Assembly: GCA_047495785.1 (NCBI GenBank)
Contig: JBLDXI010000025.1
Location: 434,001 to 498,000 of the forward strand
Reading direction: 5' to 3'
From: Lepidodermella squamata
Taxonomy: Eukaryota > Animalia > Gastrotricha
DNA length: 64,000 bases
The translations under genes were made by a program, and so were the position numbers. Below are positions 11,390 through 24,184 of the stretch, in pieces (position 1 is the first letter of the stretch; every line of letters starts with the position of its first letter). The notes under the pieces are model-generated. The model was not told the origin of the DNA. It did not search any database and saw only the letters and a program-made list of their open reading frames with translations.

Positions 11390-11913
11390 AGCTTGATCAC
11401 ATTTCGCTTGAATCATGCTGCAGATTATCCATCAAAATTCACGGTAAGCATCAAGTTGAATGCTATTTTCGCTTGGTTTGTGAGCATCATAAGCATAAAA
11501 CAACTATCGCAATAAAAAATCGCGAAAATAAGAGTTTTGAGCACCAGAGCCCGATGACATTTTTTACTTGCGTAGAAGTTGTTTTCGGCCAGCCCGCATC
11601 ACAGCCCGGATTTTTTTTTCACGTCGCCTGCGCAATCCGCCGGATCTCCTAGGGCGAAGCGGGGAATAAAAAACACCGTACCCGAAGGTACAGAATCAAA
11701 ATACTGTACCCTTGTGTACACGAGTTTTTTGCCTAAAGTGCTGGTTCTTCCGCGCCACGAACGATACAGAGGCAGTACTTCCATACATGGAGGCCGCAAT
11801 GAAAAATTTCATGATTGGTTTACCCAACTTTCGCTGCTACAATAATTGGCAGTTGCACGCAGGAAACACAAAAAAGTGCTACGACAGATTCAAAGGAGAA
11901 TTTTTCTAATTAA

Positions 11914-13053
11914 ATGTTCCCACTTGTTCTACTTCTAACGCTGAACTTGAGCCCGTTGCAGGCTCAAAAAAGTGAAGCTGAGCTTCGCGAGCCGATAGCT
12001 GTCGACATGATAGCGAAGTGTCCACAACTTCGGGCGCAACGCTACTCGCCAAATTGCGAGGCTTACTCAACGGAAAGTTGCAAGGCCACTCGACTCACAG
12101 TAGAGATGGACGTTGACGCTTTCCACGACGTCGATGATGTTTCAGAAAGTTTCGAAATCGCCGGCCAGCTGAGGATATTCTGGAGTGCGCCGTGTGAAGC
12201 TTTTGAAAATACAACCGTAACATTCTACTCGAAACTCGATTTGTTCTGGCAGCCAGTGATTGAACATGCAAACTCTTTCGACAATCCTGCTTTGAATGAT
12301 CTAGGCACTCGTCTGTCTGTGAAATCCTTCAAAGGCGAGTCTAAAGTTATCTTTGATCACGTGTATACCGGTGTCTTCAAATCGGTTTGTGACCTGAAAC
12401 TCGAAGCATTCCCATTTGACAAACAGGAATGCAAAATGGACATCCTTGTTGTGCAATATTGCAGTGGTGTCAGAATCAAACTTGCCGAGATATTCGGAGG
12501 CTTGGAGAAGGATGGCGAATGGACCCTGATAAATTACAATGCCTCCACTGATAATTACGATGATAATGTTACAGATAAATATGCCTACGCAATATTCTCC
12601 TTCAACCTAGCGAGAAATCCCGAGTATTACATCAATACCCTGATGATACCTTGTGCTTTGTTAACATTCTCCGTAATCGTGGCATTCTTCTTGGATCCTA
12701 ACGAGCCTGACCGGTCGATCTTTGTGGTAACAGTGCTGCTAGCTCTGATTTTTCTCGAGGGCCAAGTCTTGACCCACGTCCCTATCAAACCTATTCGCAT
12801 GTTTCTTCTGAACTTCACCGATCTCATGACCTTGTTGGCTTACATTTGCACGCTGTATGACATGGCTATGTGCTGTGTGGCTCGGTCTTTCGATAAGTGG
12901 TTTTCTCACAAGAGACATATCTGTTGCATTCGTATCTGCAATGGGCGAATCGTAGACATGATTGTAGGTCTAGCCTCCCTGGCTTTTTATATCGGAATAA
13001 TATTCTATGCCGTAGGCTTTGCCCGCCAATCGGGCTATTTTGGAAAACATTAA
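11914..13053 (+). CDS. Intronless Cys-loop ligand-gated ion channel subunit, type A, solo copy 2
   Basis: Paralog of 8336-9481; CDLKLEAFPFDKQEC; 4 TM; upstream region similar to that of copy 1. Confidence 0.93.
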   Translation: MFPLVLLLTLNLSPLQAQKSEAELREPIAVDMIAKCPQLRAQRYSPNCEAYSTESCKATRLTVEMDVDAFHDVDDVSESFEIAGQLRIFWSAPCEAFENTTVTFYSKLDLFWQPVIEHANSFDNPALNDLGTRLSVKSFKGESKVIFDHVYTGVFKSVCDLKLEAFPFDKQECKMDILVVQYCSGVRIKLAEIFGGLEKDGEWTLINYNASTDNYDDNVTDKYAYAIFSFNLARNPEYYINTLMIPCALLTFSVIVAFFLDPNEPDRSIFVVTVLLALIFLEGQVLTHVPIKPIRMFLLNFTDLMTLLAYICTLYDMAMCCVARSFDKWFSHKRHICCIRICNGRIVDMIVGLASLAFYIGIIFYAVGFARQSGYFGKH

Positions 13054-13331
13054 GCTAGAGACTATATGCAAGAAAAGGGAGGACAATTCTCTTCTCATTT
13101 TAAGCGGGTGGTCTCAGATAGATATCTGTGTTTGCTATATTCACTATTAACTATAAATGACATCATCGTTATCTGATTTGAATGCTTCAGAAACATCTGC
13201 ATCTGACCTGAACTATAATATCTATAAATGTCGTTAAGATAACGTATCCGTTGTGAACAATGTCCATTTTTACTCAACGGAGACTAAATAAAAAGTAAAT
13301 TACTTAATAGTTATGCGGAATATCTTTTAGC

Positions 13332-13369
13332 CATAGAGCTAGTTTCAAGTTCTTAAAACTAGCTGTATG
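13332..13369. mobile_element. 38-bp micro-element, P-element-like termini, 8-bp TSD
   Basis: CATAGAGCTAGTTT ... AAACTAGCTGTATG flanked by the direct repeat CTTTTAGC (13324-13331 and 13370-13377). Confidence 0.65.
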
Positions 13370-13372
13370 CTT

Positions 13373-13673
13373 TTAGCGGAACCAAATTTAGGGTGAGCGG
13401 AACAAAATTTGCTGTTGCGGAACCTAAGTCGAAATATGCAAAGTTTTTTGAATATTTCTACGAAAATTAGGCTGAGCATGAATCTTGAACTGAACACTTC
13501 GCATTATAGAGAATTTTGCGCTTAATTCATTAGTGAATTTGTTTTAATTATTTCGGCCAATCTTGACCTCCAAGAAATATCCAAAAAGCGATTTCAGGCT
13601 ACTAGAAAATTCCAAAATTTGGTTCCGCTACAGCATATTTGGTTCCGTTCACCGTAAATTTGATTCCGCTAAC
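13373..13673. mobile_element. Foldback/MITE-like element with about 50-bp inverted repeats
   Basis: Three GCGGAACCAAATTT-type units on the left are mirrored by AAATTTGGTTCCGC units on the right. Confidence 0.6.
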
Positions 13674-13880
13674 AGGAGGACCCACAGTTATGTTACCGTA
13701 ACGATGATGATAGAGTGTTATCTTTAGACAAAACGTGTTTTACGAACATTAAAAATCAGCCTTCACTTATTAATTTCTGAAATTCTCACCAAAGATGGGG
13801 ACGGCGATTTTTGAATTTACTGGAAATTGTTCAGAATTTTGAGAATTTTACCTGACCTTTGGCAAGTTAAAATGTGTTCC

Positions 13881-14100
13881 GGTAACTTTGGACAATTAGA
13901 GGGTAATTTTGGACGCTCATTGGCATGTGCTTTCATTGTGAATAATCAGTTTTTCATGGATTTTTAATTACTTTAGGGTCAGATTTCGAAAAAAATTATG
14001 GACAGATGGCGCATCATCTGTTTTTCAGAAGTTCAATAAAAATACGTTTATGAGCTGCCGCATACTTATACCGTCCAAAATTACCCCAATTTTCACCTGT
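13881..14100. mobile_element. Degraded MITE-like element
   Basis: GGGTAATTTTGGACG (13901) is inverted at CGTCCAAAATTACCC (14072); outer ends unclear. Confidence 0.4.
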
Positions 14101-14490
14101 TTTTCAGGTGAATGCCCTGCTAAAACGCGTCGACGGATTGCCATTTTTTATTCGATTACAGGAGGATTTATGATCTTACCACACGTTACGGTATCAATTC
14201 AAGTCATTCTGTAAGAATCCGAAGAGAAATGTTTTATATTCACGTATCGGGCAGCGGGAGAAAAAATCCGATATGTACGAGTGTAAACATAAATAATGTG
14301 TTTGTCAAATAATTTCGAAACACATTGTAACTCATCATTTGGTCACACTCTATGATAAATAATACAAGGCACGTATGTATCTAGCTGGTTGACGCAATCG
14401 ATCCATCACGACGTTGTGTTGGCTTATTATTATCATTGCGCGCGCTGAATAATGATATAAAATTGCTAATCATCAAGGCACAAACACGAA

Positions 14491-14572
14491 GACGCGGTGG
14501 CCGAGTGGTTAAGGCGATGGACTGCTAATCCATTGGGCTCTGCCCGCGAGGGTTCGAATCCCTTCTGCGTCG
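14491..14572 (+). tRNA. trnS: tRNA-Ser(GCT), third identical copy
   Basis: Identical 82-nt sequence; long oligo-T tract downstream. Confidence 0.95.
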
Positions 14573-14720
14573 ATGATCTTTTTTTATTTTTATTTTTATT
14601 TTTTTTTGTTTCAAGCAATTCTTCCATCATCCTTTTTATTTTGAAAAATATCGTTTCCTTAAAACATGCGAAAATCGAAAATAAAATAATAATCAGCAAG
14701 TTTTTTGTTTAGGAACATCG

Positions 14721-16572
14721 TCAGTGGGCCGATTCAGTTGTTGGTGATGTGCTGGTGCTGCTGGCAAGCTGCGAGCGGATGAAAGCGACAATGTCAGCGT
14801 AGCCCTGCCAGCCCGACTTGGAGCCGATGAGCGGCGCGTTGACGGCCTCGCAGTGTTCCGACCGCTCGACGTGGCTGTGCTCGACGTGGCGGGCGCCGCT
14901 GCGACGCAGCCGATCCACGAACACCAGGTTCTCACTCATCAGCACGTCATGCGAGCACGATTGCACGAATACAGGCGGCATCTAAAATTACAAACAAAAA
15001 TTTAAAGGTGCTCTTATCTTTGGGAAGAACCAGTTTCAGAATAACAGGAAAAAATTACCAATAAAATTTCTAAAATTTCTGGACAAAGGCCAACTGATTT
15101 TCGATGGCTGTGAACATTGTATCTTAATTTTTGTTTTTAATTTTTCAAAATTTGATTTCAATCTAATTTCAATCGATCTCCACCTCGATTTTCGAATAAC
15201 AATTTTTATAAATTTACCTATTTGAAATTAAATTTTCAAAATTATTTTCAAATTTTCAATTATTATTTTCAATTTTTTTCAATTATTCAATTTTTTTCAA
15301 AGGCTGATTTTTTTCTGATTTTTTCTAATTTCGAAGTGAAATTTTGACAAATATTCTAACCTTAGCCAAATCTTCATCCTCGGCAAGTAATGGCCAGGCC
15401 CTCACTGCAGTAACCAGGTCGGAGAGTTGAACCGGAATTTCAACCGCCTTAGAATTGGACCCGTCACGCATGGCTGACTTGGGCGTTTCAATGCCAGAAT
15501 CCGACCCACCGTCCCCCCTCTGATCGGGCTTGACATATGCCAGCAAGCGCTGTTTCTGATCCGCACTCAAATGTAGGTCATTGTCAATGGCGCGTGTCAA
15601 CCGCTTCGTCGGCTGCAGACCGGCGTAGAGGGCTATAAACCAGCCCAGGCCGTTTTTGCCATACCGCGGCCGGTGAATGGCGAAACTCTCGTACTGCGAC
15701 GTCACCGCCTGGGTTACCGGGCAGATCATTATTGCAGCCAACAGCTTCCGGGTCATCGACGCGTCTCGAATCAGGTCAAGCGCGACGACCCCTGTCAGAT
15801 TACCACCCGCCGAATCGCCGCCTAAAATCACGCGATTTTCGTCGATTTCCGCTGCAAATTGATTCTCGCCGCTTAGAATTGATTTTGTAACTGCGAGGCA
15901 GTCTTCGATCGGCGCCGGGTAGGGGTGTTCCGGAGCGAGGCGGTAGTCAACGGATATTACCATAGCTTGGGTATCGGCGCATACTTTCGATGTGAAGTGG
16001 TAGTAGGCCTTCGAAGATCCGATAGTCCAGCCGCCTCCGTGCAGGTAAATTATAACAGGTAATTTTCGGGTATTTTCGGTATTTTTAACTGATTCCTCGT
16101 TGATACCCGATTTTTCGGAATTTTTCGAATCGACCGGTCGGTAAATTCGGCAGGTAACCCCGGCTACCGTCGCTTTCGTCTCCGTCACGCCTGGCTGGGC
16201 AGGTCGCTTCAACCCGCTCGCCATCTGAACGACCTGCCGCAGCACCTTATGATGGCCATTCCTCACGCCAATATTAGCCAAAGCCGCGCCGAAGGACATG
16301 GCCGAGGACGCTGAGCCCCACATCATTTTCCGCAGGAGCCTGCGTTCCAGTCGGCTGGGCTTCGCCGTTCCGCTTGACAGGGTGCCGCTGCCACTCGCAA
16401 ACGAGTCGTCATTTTCGTCGATTGGCGACATCTGGTCGCAGGTCACGGTCGACTCTTCGTCGCTGGGTGACTGCATGGTAGGCGCCCCTTCTGTGTTCGG
16501 CGAATTGGGTGGGGTAGGTGTCGGACCGACTGACAATCGTTGGCTTAGAGCACTCTTTTCAGCTTCCGTCAT
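14721..16572 (-). CDS. HSL-family alpha/beta hydrolase (AADAC/NCEH1-like), 2 exons (16572-15361, 14981-14721)
   Basis: HGGGW oxyanion motif, VDYRLAPEHPYP, GDSAGG nucleophile. A phase-0 GT-AG intron joins the exon carrying the putative Asp (HDVL) and His (SEHC). Confidence 0.88.
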
Positions 16573-18171
16573 TGCAAATTTTGAAATAAAAAACTTGAAA
16601 ATTAAGATTATTTAATAGAAATGGAATCGATTTGGAAGATTTGGATATAAGGATTTTGGAATATTGAATTTTTACAAGTGGACAAGTTTTAAAGAGGAAA
16701 TGGTAGTAAAACATCATCTCACCAATCTCGAAAATATTCTGATTTTAACCTAATTTTCGAAAATTAGTGGACATGCATAATCAACGGCGGAATTGACCTT
16801 TAGATATGGGTCAAATTTCGAAGAATATTTGGAAAATTGGCGCATCAGCTGTTTTTCTTACAGGTCAAGAAAAATCGAGCCGAAATTCTGATGACGAGAC
16901 GCACATTTTAATAAATTTTCAACCAATTTTCAACCCCGGAAATTTAATCACGTGCAAGCCTTAATTTAGCAAGGTTACCTCGCATAACAGGCAACGGGTT
17001 ACGGTAAATCGAGTTATTTTAAAATTCATCGAAATTCATCAAAAAATAATCAAACAATTTCGTTATGGAATATGGCCTCAAAATTAAATTATTAAAAAAT
17101 CAGATTCAAGTTTATTCGGTTGTAGATAACCGAATAATATTTTTCGTAAAAAATGGCATAAAAAGAGCATGACTGAAAATTGAATTATCTCGTGCGGACA
17201 AGTCCTAAAATTGCACTACGTCACGTTTAAAAATAACTCTCATTTGAATGGAGGAGCGCGCCTTAAGGGACACGCGAGGCGTAATCAATGAAGCGTGAAT
17301 AGCCTCGAGAGGCCTAAGGAGGACGTGACTTTTGTCATCAATCAGCATTCATAATATTACAGACTCGGCGATGAGCTGTAAAAATTTGACACGAGGCAAA
17401 AAAGCAACATTTGAGAATGAAATCACAGCAGCAGCAGCTGCATGCACCTGAGCATCAAGTGCGCGTAATAAGGTGGATAGCAAAAAAACTTGATCCTTTC
17501 TTGGGGAAAAAACAAAAAACCGGCCTGCGTAATTATGGTCGAAAAAAATTGCAGCAGTAATAATAGAGGCAATATTACACACCTATATATCGTAATCGTG
17601 TTCATTCATGCGCGCATTTTTTCATGCTGCCGCCCACCTGTGTTCGTATTCGGATGACATAATCATTAAACATGCATGTTGTTGTATCTCCTCCCCACAA
17701 ATAATAATGAAAACGTTTCTTTTTTATGAATAGCCGATGCGCATTTTCCGTCGCTGTCGTGATATTTGACTTTTTTCCTGCTGCAACGCTCATCACATAG
17801 TATGTAGTGCATCGAATCAATCACGGGCGACAAAGTGCGCGCTTTTTATTGTTTCCAGTGCGCATCAATATTGTTTATTCGATCTCGGCGATCATTAAAT
17901 ATGGGAAATGTCGGGGTCGTGATTTTGCATGTTAATTTCGAACTCTCAATCAATACGTCCTTTCATTGCGAATATTCGTTTGGTATATAGAGGGCGATAA
18001 CAGCTTATAATATATTCCCAAAACAGCAAAGCCTGACAAGAGCAACGATTTTCGCATTGAATTGTTTTCTGTCTCAGATTTCCCGCCGTTTTGTCGCGTT
18101 TTGTCGACCTATTTTTTTTTAACTGTTGAAAAGAAGTGGATATTCGCCGGAAACATGAAACTAAAAAGGAA

Positions 18172-20412
18172 TACCGTAAACTACAGTATAAAGGCCGCAT
18201 CCTGAATAAAGGCCGCACCCGAATAATCGCCGCAAAAACACCCCATTTTCAACAATTTGGCAATAATAAAGGCCGCGCGCGAATAATCGCCGCACTTAAC
18301 AGCGGGTTATATCCCTCCTGCGTAAAGTGGAGTGCGTAAATTCCCTCCTGCGTAAAGTTGAGTGTGCGTAAAGCGCGTGCGTAAAGTGGCTGCGTAAATA
18401 GAGTCGTGCGTAACAGGTAACGCATGTGCAAGGCGGGCGAATGAAGTTCTATGTTGTAATTGAAAGGCTAAAATAATTCAAAATTTCCGAAATCTTCAGC
18501 CTTTGGTATTTGATAGAAGTGACTTGATAGATTTCATACATCTTCTTGTACATCACTTATTTGTCAACTAATGAATGAAAACTAATGAAATTTTTTCTTC
18601 ATCATCGGAGAATTAAGGAGAAAATTATAATAGAAGAAGAGGCGCGAGTTTCTCATCAATCTCTTCATAACGCGCCGATCGGTCTAAATATTTTCTAGGA
18701 CTGAAGGTCGGCTGTGCCCGTAATAATTACTCGAAGGCTAGAATAATGCGATTTTTATTGCATTTTAACGTTTTTAGACACTTTTGAGGATTTTTTCACC
18801 TGTTAAACTACCCGCGACCAAACTGTCGACGATATATTTATTTGCAGCACATACCCAGCTTTCTAGCAATATTAGTTTCATCAGTTTTGCTCCTTAGGCC
18901 GACATTAGCCTATAACCGACCCTCGAAGCCGATTTACTTGAACCGCTGCAATTAGCGATGCGAAATTCGTGTTGGTTTTGCTACGCTCGCGCTATTGCTA
19001 TCACTTGTGTGTACGCGCGCGCGCGTGTGTTGTGTGTGTGTTTTATTGAGGGCAATAATTTTCACTCGCCCCACCATAAACAGCAAGCAGGAAAGTGGCT
19101 TTAAAAATTGATTAATTCGCCCTACTCAACCTCTTCCGGCATTAACAACGCGGACAAGTGGTGTCAATACCTCTCTATCACCCGCCGCGCGCTGTCAGCA
19201 GGCTCGTCTGAGGCCTTAATGTCCTGTCAGCACGCGCGCGCTAAGATTAAGAGCGAGCGATGAGAGGATTAAGTACCAACTTGAGCAGAGCGGTGTGGCG
19301 ATAATCCGATCATCGGACATGGAAAATATGCATTTCAAGCATTGAAGGTGTGATAGTTTTGCTGTTTTCAAATTCGAGATGAGTATCTAGAAAGCATTAT
19401 CAGCCAATTATCTCGAGTTATGCAAACTGAAATGGCCTGAGCTGACCTCAAAACTCGCTTTTCGCGTTGAAAAATGTATGTGAAATTACACGTTTCACAT
19501 TGGAGCGGTCATGTGGTGAATAGTTGGGGGAGTTATTGTGCATAAAGAAAATTCGAAAAATATACTCAAAACGCGCAAATTTTTTACAGGTAGTCGGATA
19601 GATAGGGATAATTTTGAACACTGAACAGCAATAATTCTACCGGGCTCTTGTTTTGATTAAATTGTTGAAGAAGCTAACCGCGGCAGAAAAATCGCAATTT
19701 TACCTGAATACGTCAATTTCAGAAAATTGTTGCAAATTATCCATTCGAGCCCAGGAGATGAACCGTGAACTAGACAGAGAGACAGAAAACCCGGAAGTCG
19801 AAATGTTAAATAGGGGCTCATTTATGCTATCGATTTTTGAAAATAATTCGAATTTAGCGCAGGTGGAGGCGCAAACATTAAAATAAACCTGTGGAGTCTA
19901 AATGCCGGCTTGGGTATATGATTGGGTTCTATAGATTTATTGATGATTTTCATCATTAAATTCTGGTTTTTCTCAATTAAATTTAGTCGGTAAACGTGAC
20001 ACGGTGTGCACAATAAACTTTACGCACTTTGTTTACGCATACGGGAATTTACGCACGCGCGTGTTACGCAAGTGTGTTTACGCACACCACTTTACGCAGG
20101 AGGGAATAGACCTAACAGCGATTAGCAGTCACCCTCAATGAAACACCTGGGGTGACTCCGACTGCGGATAGCACGTCTTAGCGAACATGTAAACTCATCG
20201 CGCTAGCTGCAGATCTTGATCCGGCCTCTGGCGCACCTGTTACACCTGTTAGTAGTGAATAAACTGCTAGTTCAGCGTGAAGGCTGAAAATTCAAGAAAA
20301 TAAAGGCCGCACTCGAATAATCGCCGCACCTTAATAATCGCCGCATTTTTCACCCCTTTCTGAAAAATCAGGAAAATTAATCGCCGCGGCCTCTATACTG
20401 TAGTTTACGGTA
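18172..20412. mobile_element. Tc2/pogo-like non-autonomous element interrupted by a nested insertion
   Basis: TA-CCGTAAACTACAGTATA(A/G)AGGCCGC inverted termini, TA TSD, internal AATAATCGCCGC repeats at both ends. Confidence 0.82.
18305..20112. mobile_element. Nested non-autonomous DNA transposon (Merlin-like: GG termini, 8-bp TSD)
   Basis: GGTTATATCCCTCCTGCGTAAAGTGG ... CCACTTTACGCAGGAGGGAATAGACC; TSD TAACAGCG at 18297-18304 and 20113-20120; subterminal TGCGTAAA repeats; no transposase ORF. Confidence 0.78.
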
Positions 20413-21477
20413 TAACGAAGATAAAGTATGGCCATGGCGAGTTTATTGAAGCGGTTTTCACCAATCGGTACATTTTCCTGTAAATCTTGCTAGAGTTGGA
20501 TTTTCGAGCGAAGACATTTTGTTATAAAATCTGTAATTTTAATAAATCCGATATGGCAAGAGCTTATCATCGCTGTTGCCAGAGGATACCAGTTGTTTAG
20601 AGATGGTCCGTGACGGATCCAAATCACCGATTTCTAAGCAGAAATGATTCGAAGTTGACCATCAGAAGTTGGCATGAATCCCTCAAAAAGTTCCAAAAAT
20701 CCATTTGGTGGCTTTATTGAACTTTTCTTCGGGTTCCAAACTTCACGGTTCACTTCAAGGGTCACTATTGACCTAATTCCCGGCTAAGATCCGAAGGTCC
20801 GGCAAATATACAGGATGATACGCTGCTCCAACCCCGAAACCTGAGAATTGCCACTTTTCAAAAAATGGAATTTGTATGGAATATCGCAGAAAGCATCATC
20901 ATTCATCAAAACTGCTTCAGGACGAGGCCTAGGAATTCGTCGTGCGAGATGGAATAAAACAGCGCGCCTTCGGTTTCTTCTTGGATAACGTCTGTTATCG
21001 AAGGAATTAACTGATTTGTAAAATTGATACTTGGAATCGATATTTGCTCCTCCAGCTAAAGTATGACTCGCATCATACTGTAACGCGGTCCTTTTTCGGA
21101 AAATTGGTCAGGAAACTCCGATTCTACGAGAGACGCGCAACCCGAAAGCCGCACATTTTAGGAAAATATTGTGCTTTTATGAAACCTGAAACGCATGTTG
21201 ATAAATCATAATAATTTTTTATTCTCTCATTGCCGAATATCGCAAAAAATCACCGCTCGAAATCGGAATTTTGAAAACTAATTGACGAAAATTATCACAA
21301 TAAAAACAAGTTGAAAAGAAGAAATCAAGATGAAAGGCTGAATAAGATTGCGCGTTGCCAACAAAGTCGATGGTCGGTGGTAAAGTAGCAATAACAACTT
21401 GATAATATATTAGCAGTATTTGTTCTCTTTCGGAGACTTTCTTCGATTTATATATAAATTGTCGGTATATTCCGGCC

Positions 21478-24184
21478 TCAGCTGACGGCGTGTTCGATGA
21501 AGGCGACTATGCTGTTGAAGCCGTCGGCGGAGGCGCGCGACTTGAGCAGGTGCGCGAACACCGGCTCGACGTGCTCCGCGTTCTCCAGGTACGAGTACAC
21601 GAAGCCGGGCACGCGCGCGCGCTCGCACCGCTCCGCGAACAGCGCGTTCTCGTCGAGCTGAAAAAAATAAAACAATCGCAACAATCACAAAAATTCCCAA
21701 AATACAAATGGTACCCAAGTACATTCAGCAAGAAAGAATAACATATGCGGTTATATGTTTAATAAAGTTCACTAAGCAAAATTGAGGAATTATAAGAATA
21801 TTAAAATTAAGCACCGGATTATCAGTGCATTGTTGGAAAATTTCAACACTGGATACGATGCTGGAAAATTCTTAAAAATTCTAAAAAGAGTATTTTGGGC
21901 CGAGACTATATGCGTTCATCTTCGGAACATCGACATGTACCTCCAGAATAAATATGCCAAGCTGGGAAACCTCACGAGCATCCAGAATCCAGAAAGAGCT
22001 CCTTGACGACCGTCGCTATGATTTAGCTTAGAATCTATTTTTTTAATTTAGTCGCAAGAAGAAATCGCAAGAGCAAAATTAATTTTTGAAAGCATGGGTT
22101 GAGTCGTCGGTCGAATGAAAAAAATCTTGTTAAATGAAAAAAATTTCCTTGAAATTTTGAAAATCTTTTCTTAGGCGAAGCAATAATTCACAACCTGGCA
22201 ACATGCAATTCTGGTTTCGTTAGGCAAAACTTTCTTAGGAATCTTCGGAATCTTGGACCAATGCCTGAAATTCGGTGCTGGAACCTTAAAATTGAAGCAA
22301 GATGTGATCCTGGAAAATCGACTTTACTTCGAGGTTCCTTGTGGTTTTTTGAAGTAAAGAAGAAAAATGTAGATTGCATATTTACCATTGGGTCGAACTG
22401 GCACGCCATGAGGAAGGTGGGCGGCAGTTGGCTGAGGTGCGCGTCGTCGGCGAGCAGCGGCCACGCGGCCACGTTCGAGCACAGCTCGGCGAGGCAGGCC
22501 GGCACGTCGCGCGACAGCTCGTCCGGCGCCGCCTGCGTGCCGGCTGGTTGCACGTGGCTGCGCCGCAGGTCACGGCCTTTCGGCAACAGGTGCTCGCCCC
22601 GCTGCATCGCCGCCAGCACGGCTTCGGTCGGCCGCACACCCGCGTAGTTCGCCACAAACCAGTCGAGCGCATCTGTTTTACAAAATCACAATATGACAAA
22701 ATTGGTTATAAAATTTCAAAGAGAAATAGTCGAATTAAAAAAAAAACGGAAACATTTAAATGACACCACGAACACGAATGTGAAATTTTAAAAAATTGTT
22801 GGAAATGTCCCAATTCAGAAATTTGAAAATTTTTGAAATTCCAAAAAGTATTTTCGAGATTGTTGATTATCGATTTTCAAACTTAATTAATTCCAATAAA
22901 TAAATAATAAATGATCATATTCGAACAATTTGTTCGATTTTGCGACATTTCGGCAGTGACATCTGAGCAAAAATCACAAAGGTAATTCCTGAATCTCAAA
23001 ATTTCCAAAGATATGAAGGTAATTTAGAGTTTTTCTGTTGCTTTATGAATTTTCAATTTTAACTTGATTCTTCGATTGCCACAATAAATTTTTGAAAAAT
23101 ATAAATTCATATTCAAATTTGTACTTACACTTGGGTGCGTATTTGGTGTAGCTGGGCAGGGCAAAGTTGACGCCCTGCAGCGCCGGGCAGATGAGCACGA
23201 GCGCTTTCAGCCGCCGGTCGCCGGCGCGGATCAGATCGAGCGCGATGCAGGCGGACAAGTTGCCGCCGGCCGAGTCGCCGGCCACGACGACGCGGCTCGT
23301 GTCGACGAGCCCGGCGATGAACGGCGACGGCGTGATGCTGTCCGCGTTCAGCACGCACCGCGCCACTGCGAGACAGTCCTCGTAGCCCTGCGGGTAAGGC
23401 CGTTCTGGAGCAAGACTGTACGATAAATAGCAACATTTTAGAGTGAAATCGAAAATGAAACATGAAAACCCGGAAATTGAGAAAAAATGCATGAGCAATT
23501 TAAATTTTGAATTTTAATTAATTAATTAAAAATATTGTTTCGTTTATTGAATTATTGATTAATTGAAAATAAATTGATCAAAATTAAAATTCATTATAAT
23601 CCAATTTTAGAAATGTTAGAAATTTGTATTCTTAATTTAAAATTCTGTTATTCAATTTCTGCTCATCTGTCGTTTGCTCAGTTGTCTCTTGAGTATAATT
23701 TGATGTTTGAATAAGAAATTTACCTGTAATCAACGGAGACTACTATGCAACCGGTATCGCGAGCTAGCAGTGTCGTAAAATCGTGGTAAGACCTCGCTGA
23801 ACCTATTGTCCAGCCACCGCCGTGAATGTACACCTGAATAAAAAATCGAATTTAGCCCTATAAATTAGAAAAATTAACAAAGATTAATCTCACCACAACT
23901 GGTAGTTTGATTTTTGATGACTGCTGGCCCTGCGTCGTCGGCGATGGGTTCGTGAGGCGTGGCTTGTAAATGCGGCACGGCACGCCGGCGATCTGCGTGA
24001 CGGCGTACTCGACGCCGCGCACGCGCTTCGGAATGAGCGCGCTCGTGAAGCGTGACGTCATGCGCGCGAGTTTGTGCTCTTTGCGCGCGTAGCAGCACGA
24101 GAACGCCTCCGCCATCCACCGGCCGGTTTTCAGCGACGCCGAAAATGCAAAGTGAACAATGCGCCGCTTCAGTGAACGCTCCAT
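21478..24184 (-). CDS. HSL-family alpha/beta hydrolase (AADAC/NCEH1-like) paralog, 5 exons (24184-23894, 23833-23724, 23415-23129, 22672-22386, 21657-21478)
   Basis: Phase-compatible GT-AG joins give VYIHGGGWTIGS, VDYSLAPERPYP, GDSAGGNL, FDPM|LDE (Asp) and AEHVE (His). Confidence 0.87.

Noticed and set aside
18305-18420. Regularly spaced TGCGTAAA repeats resembling a CRISPR or iteron array
   Set aside because: They are mirrored at 20010-20112 as transposon subterminal repeats; there are no unique spacers or cas genes and the context is eukaryotic.
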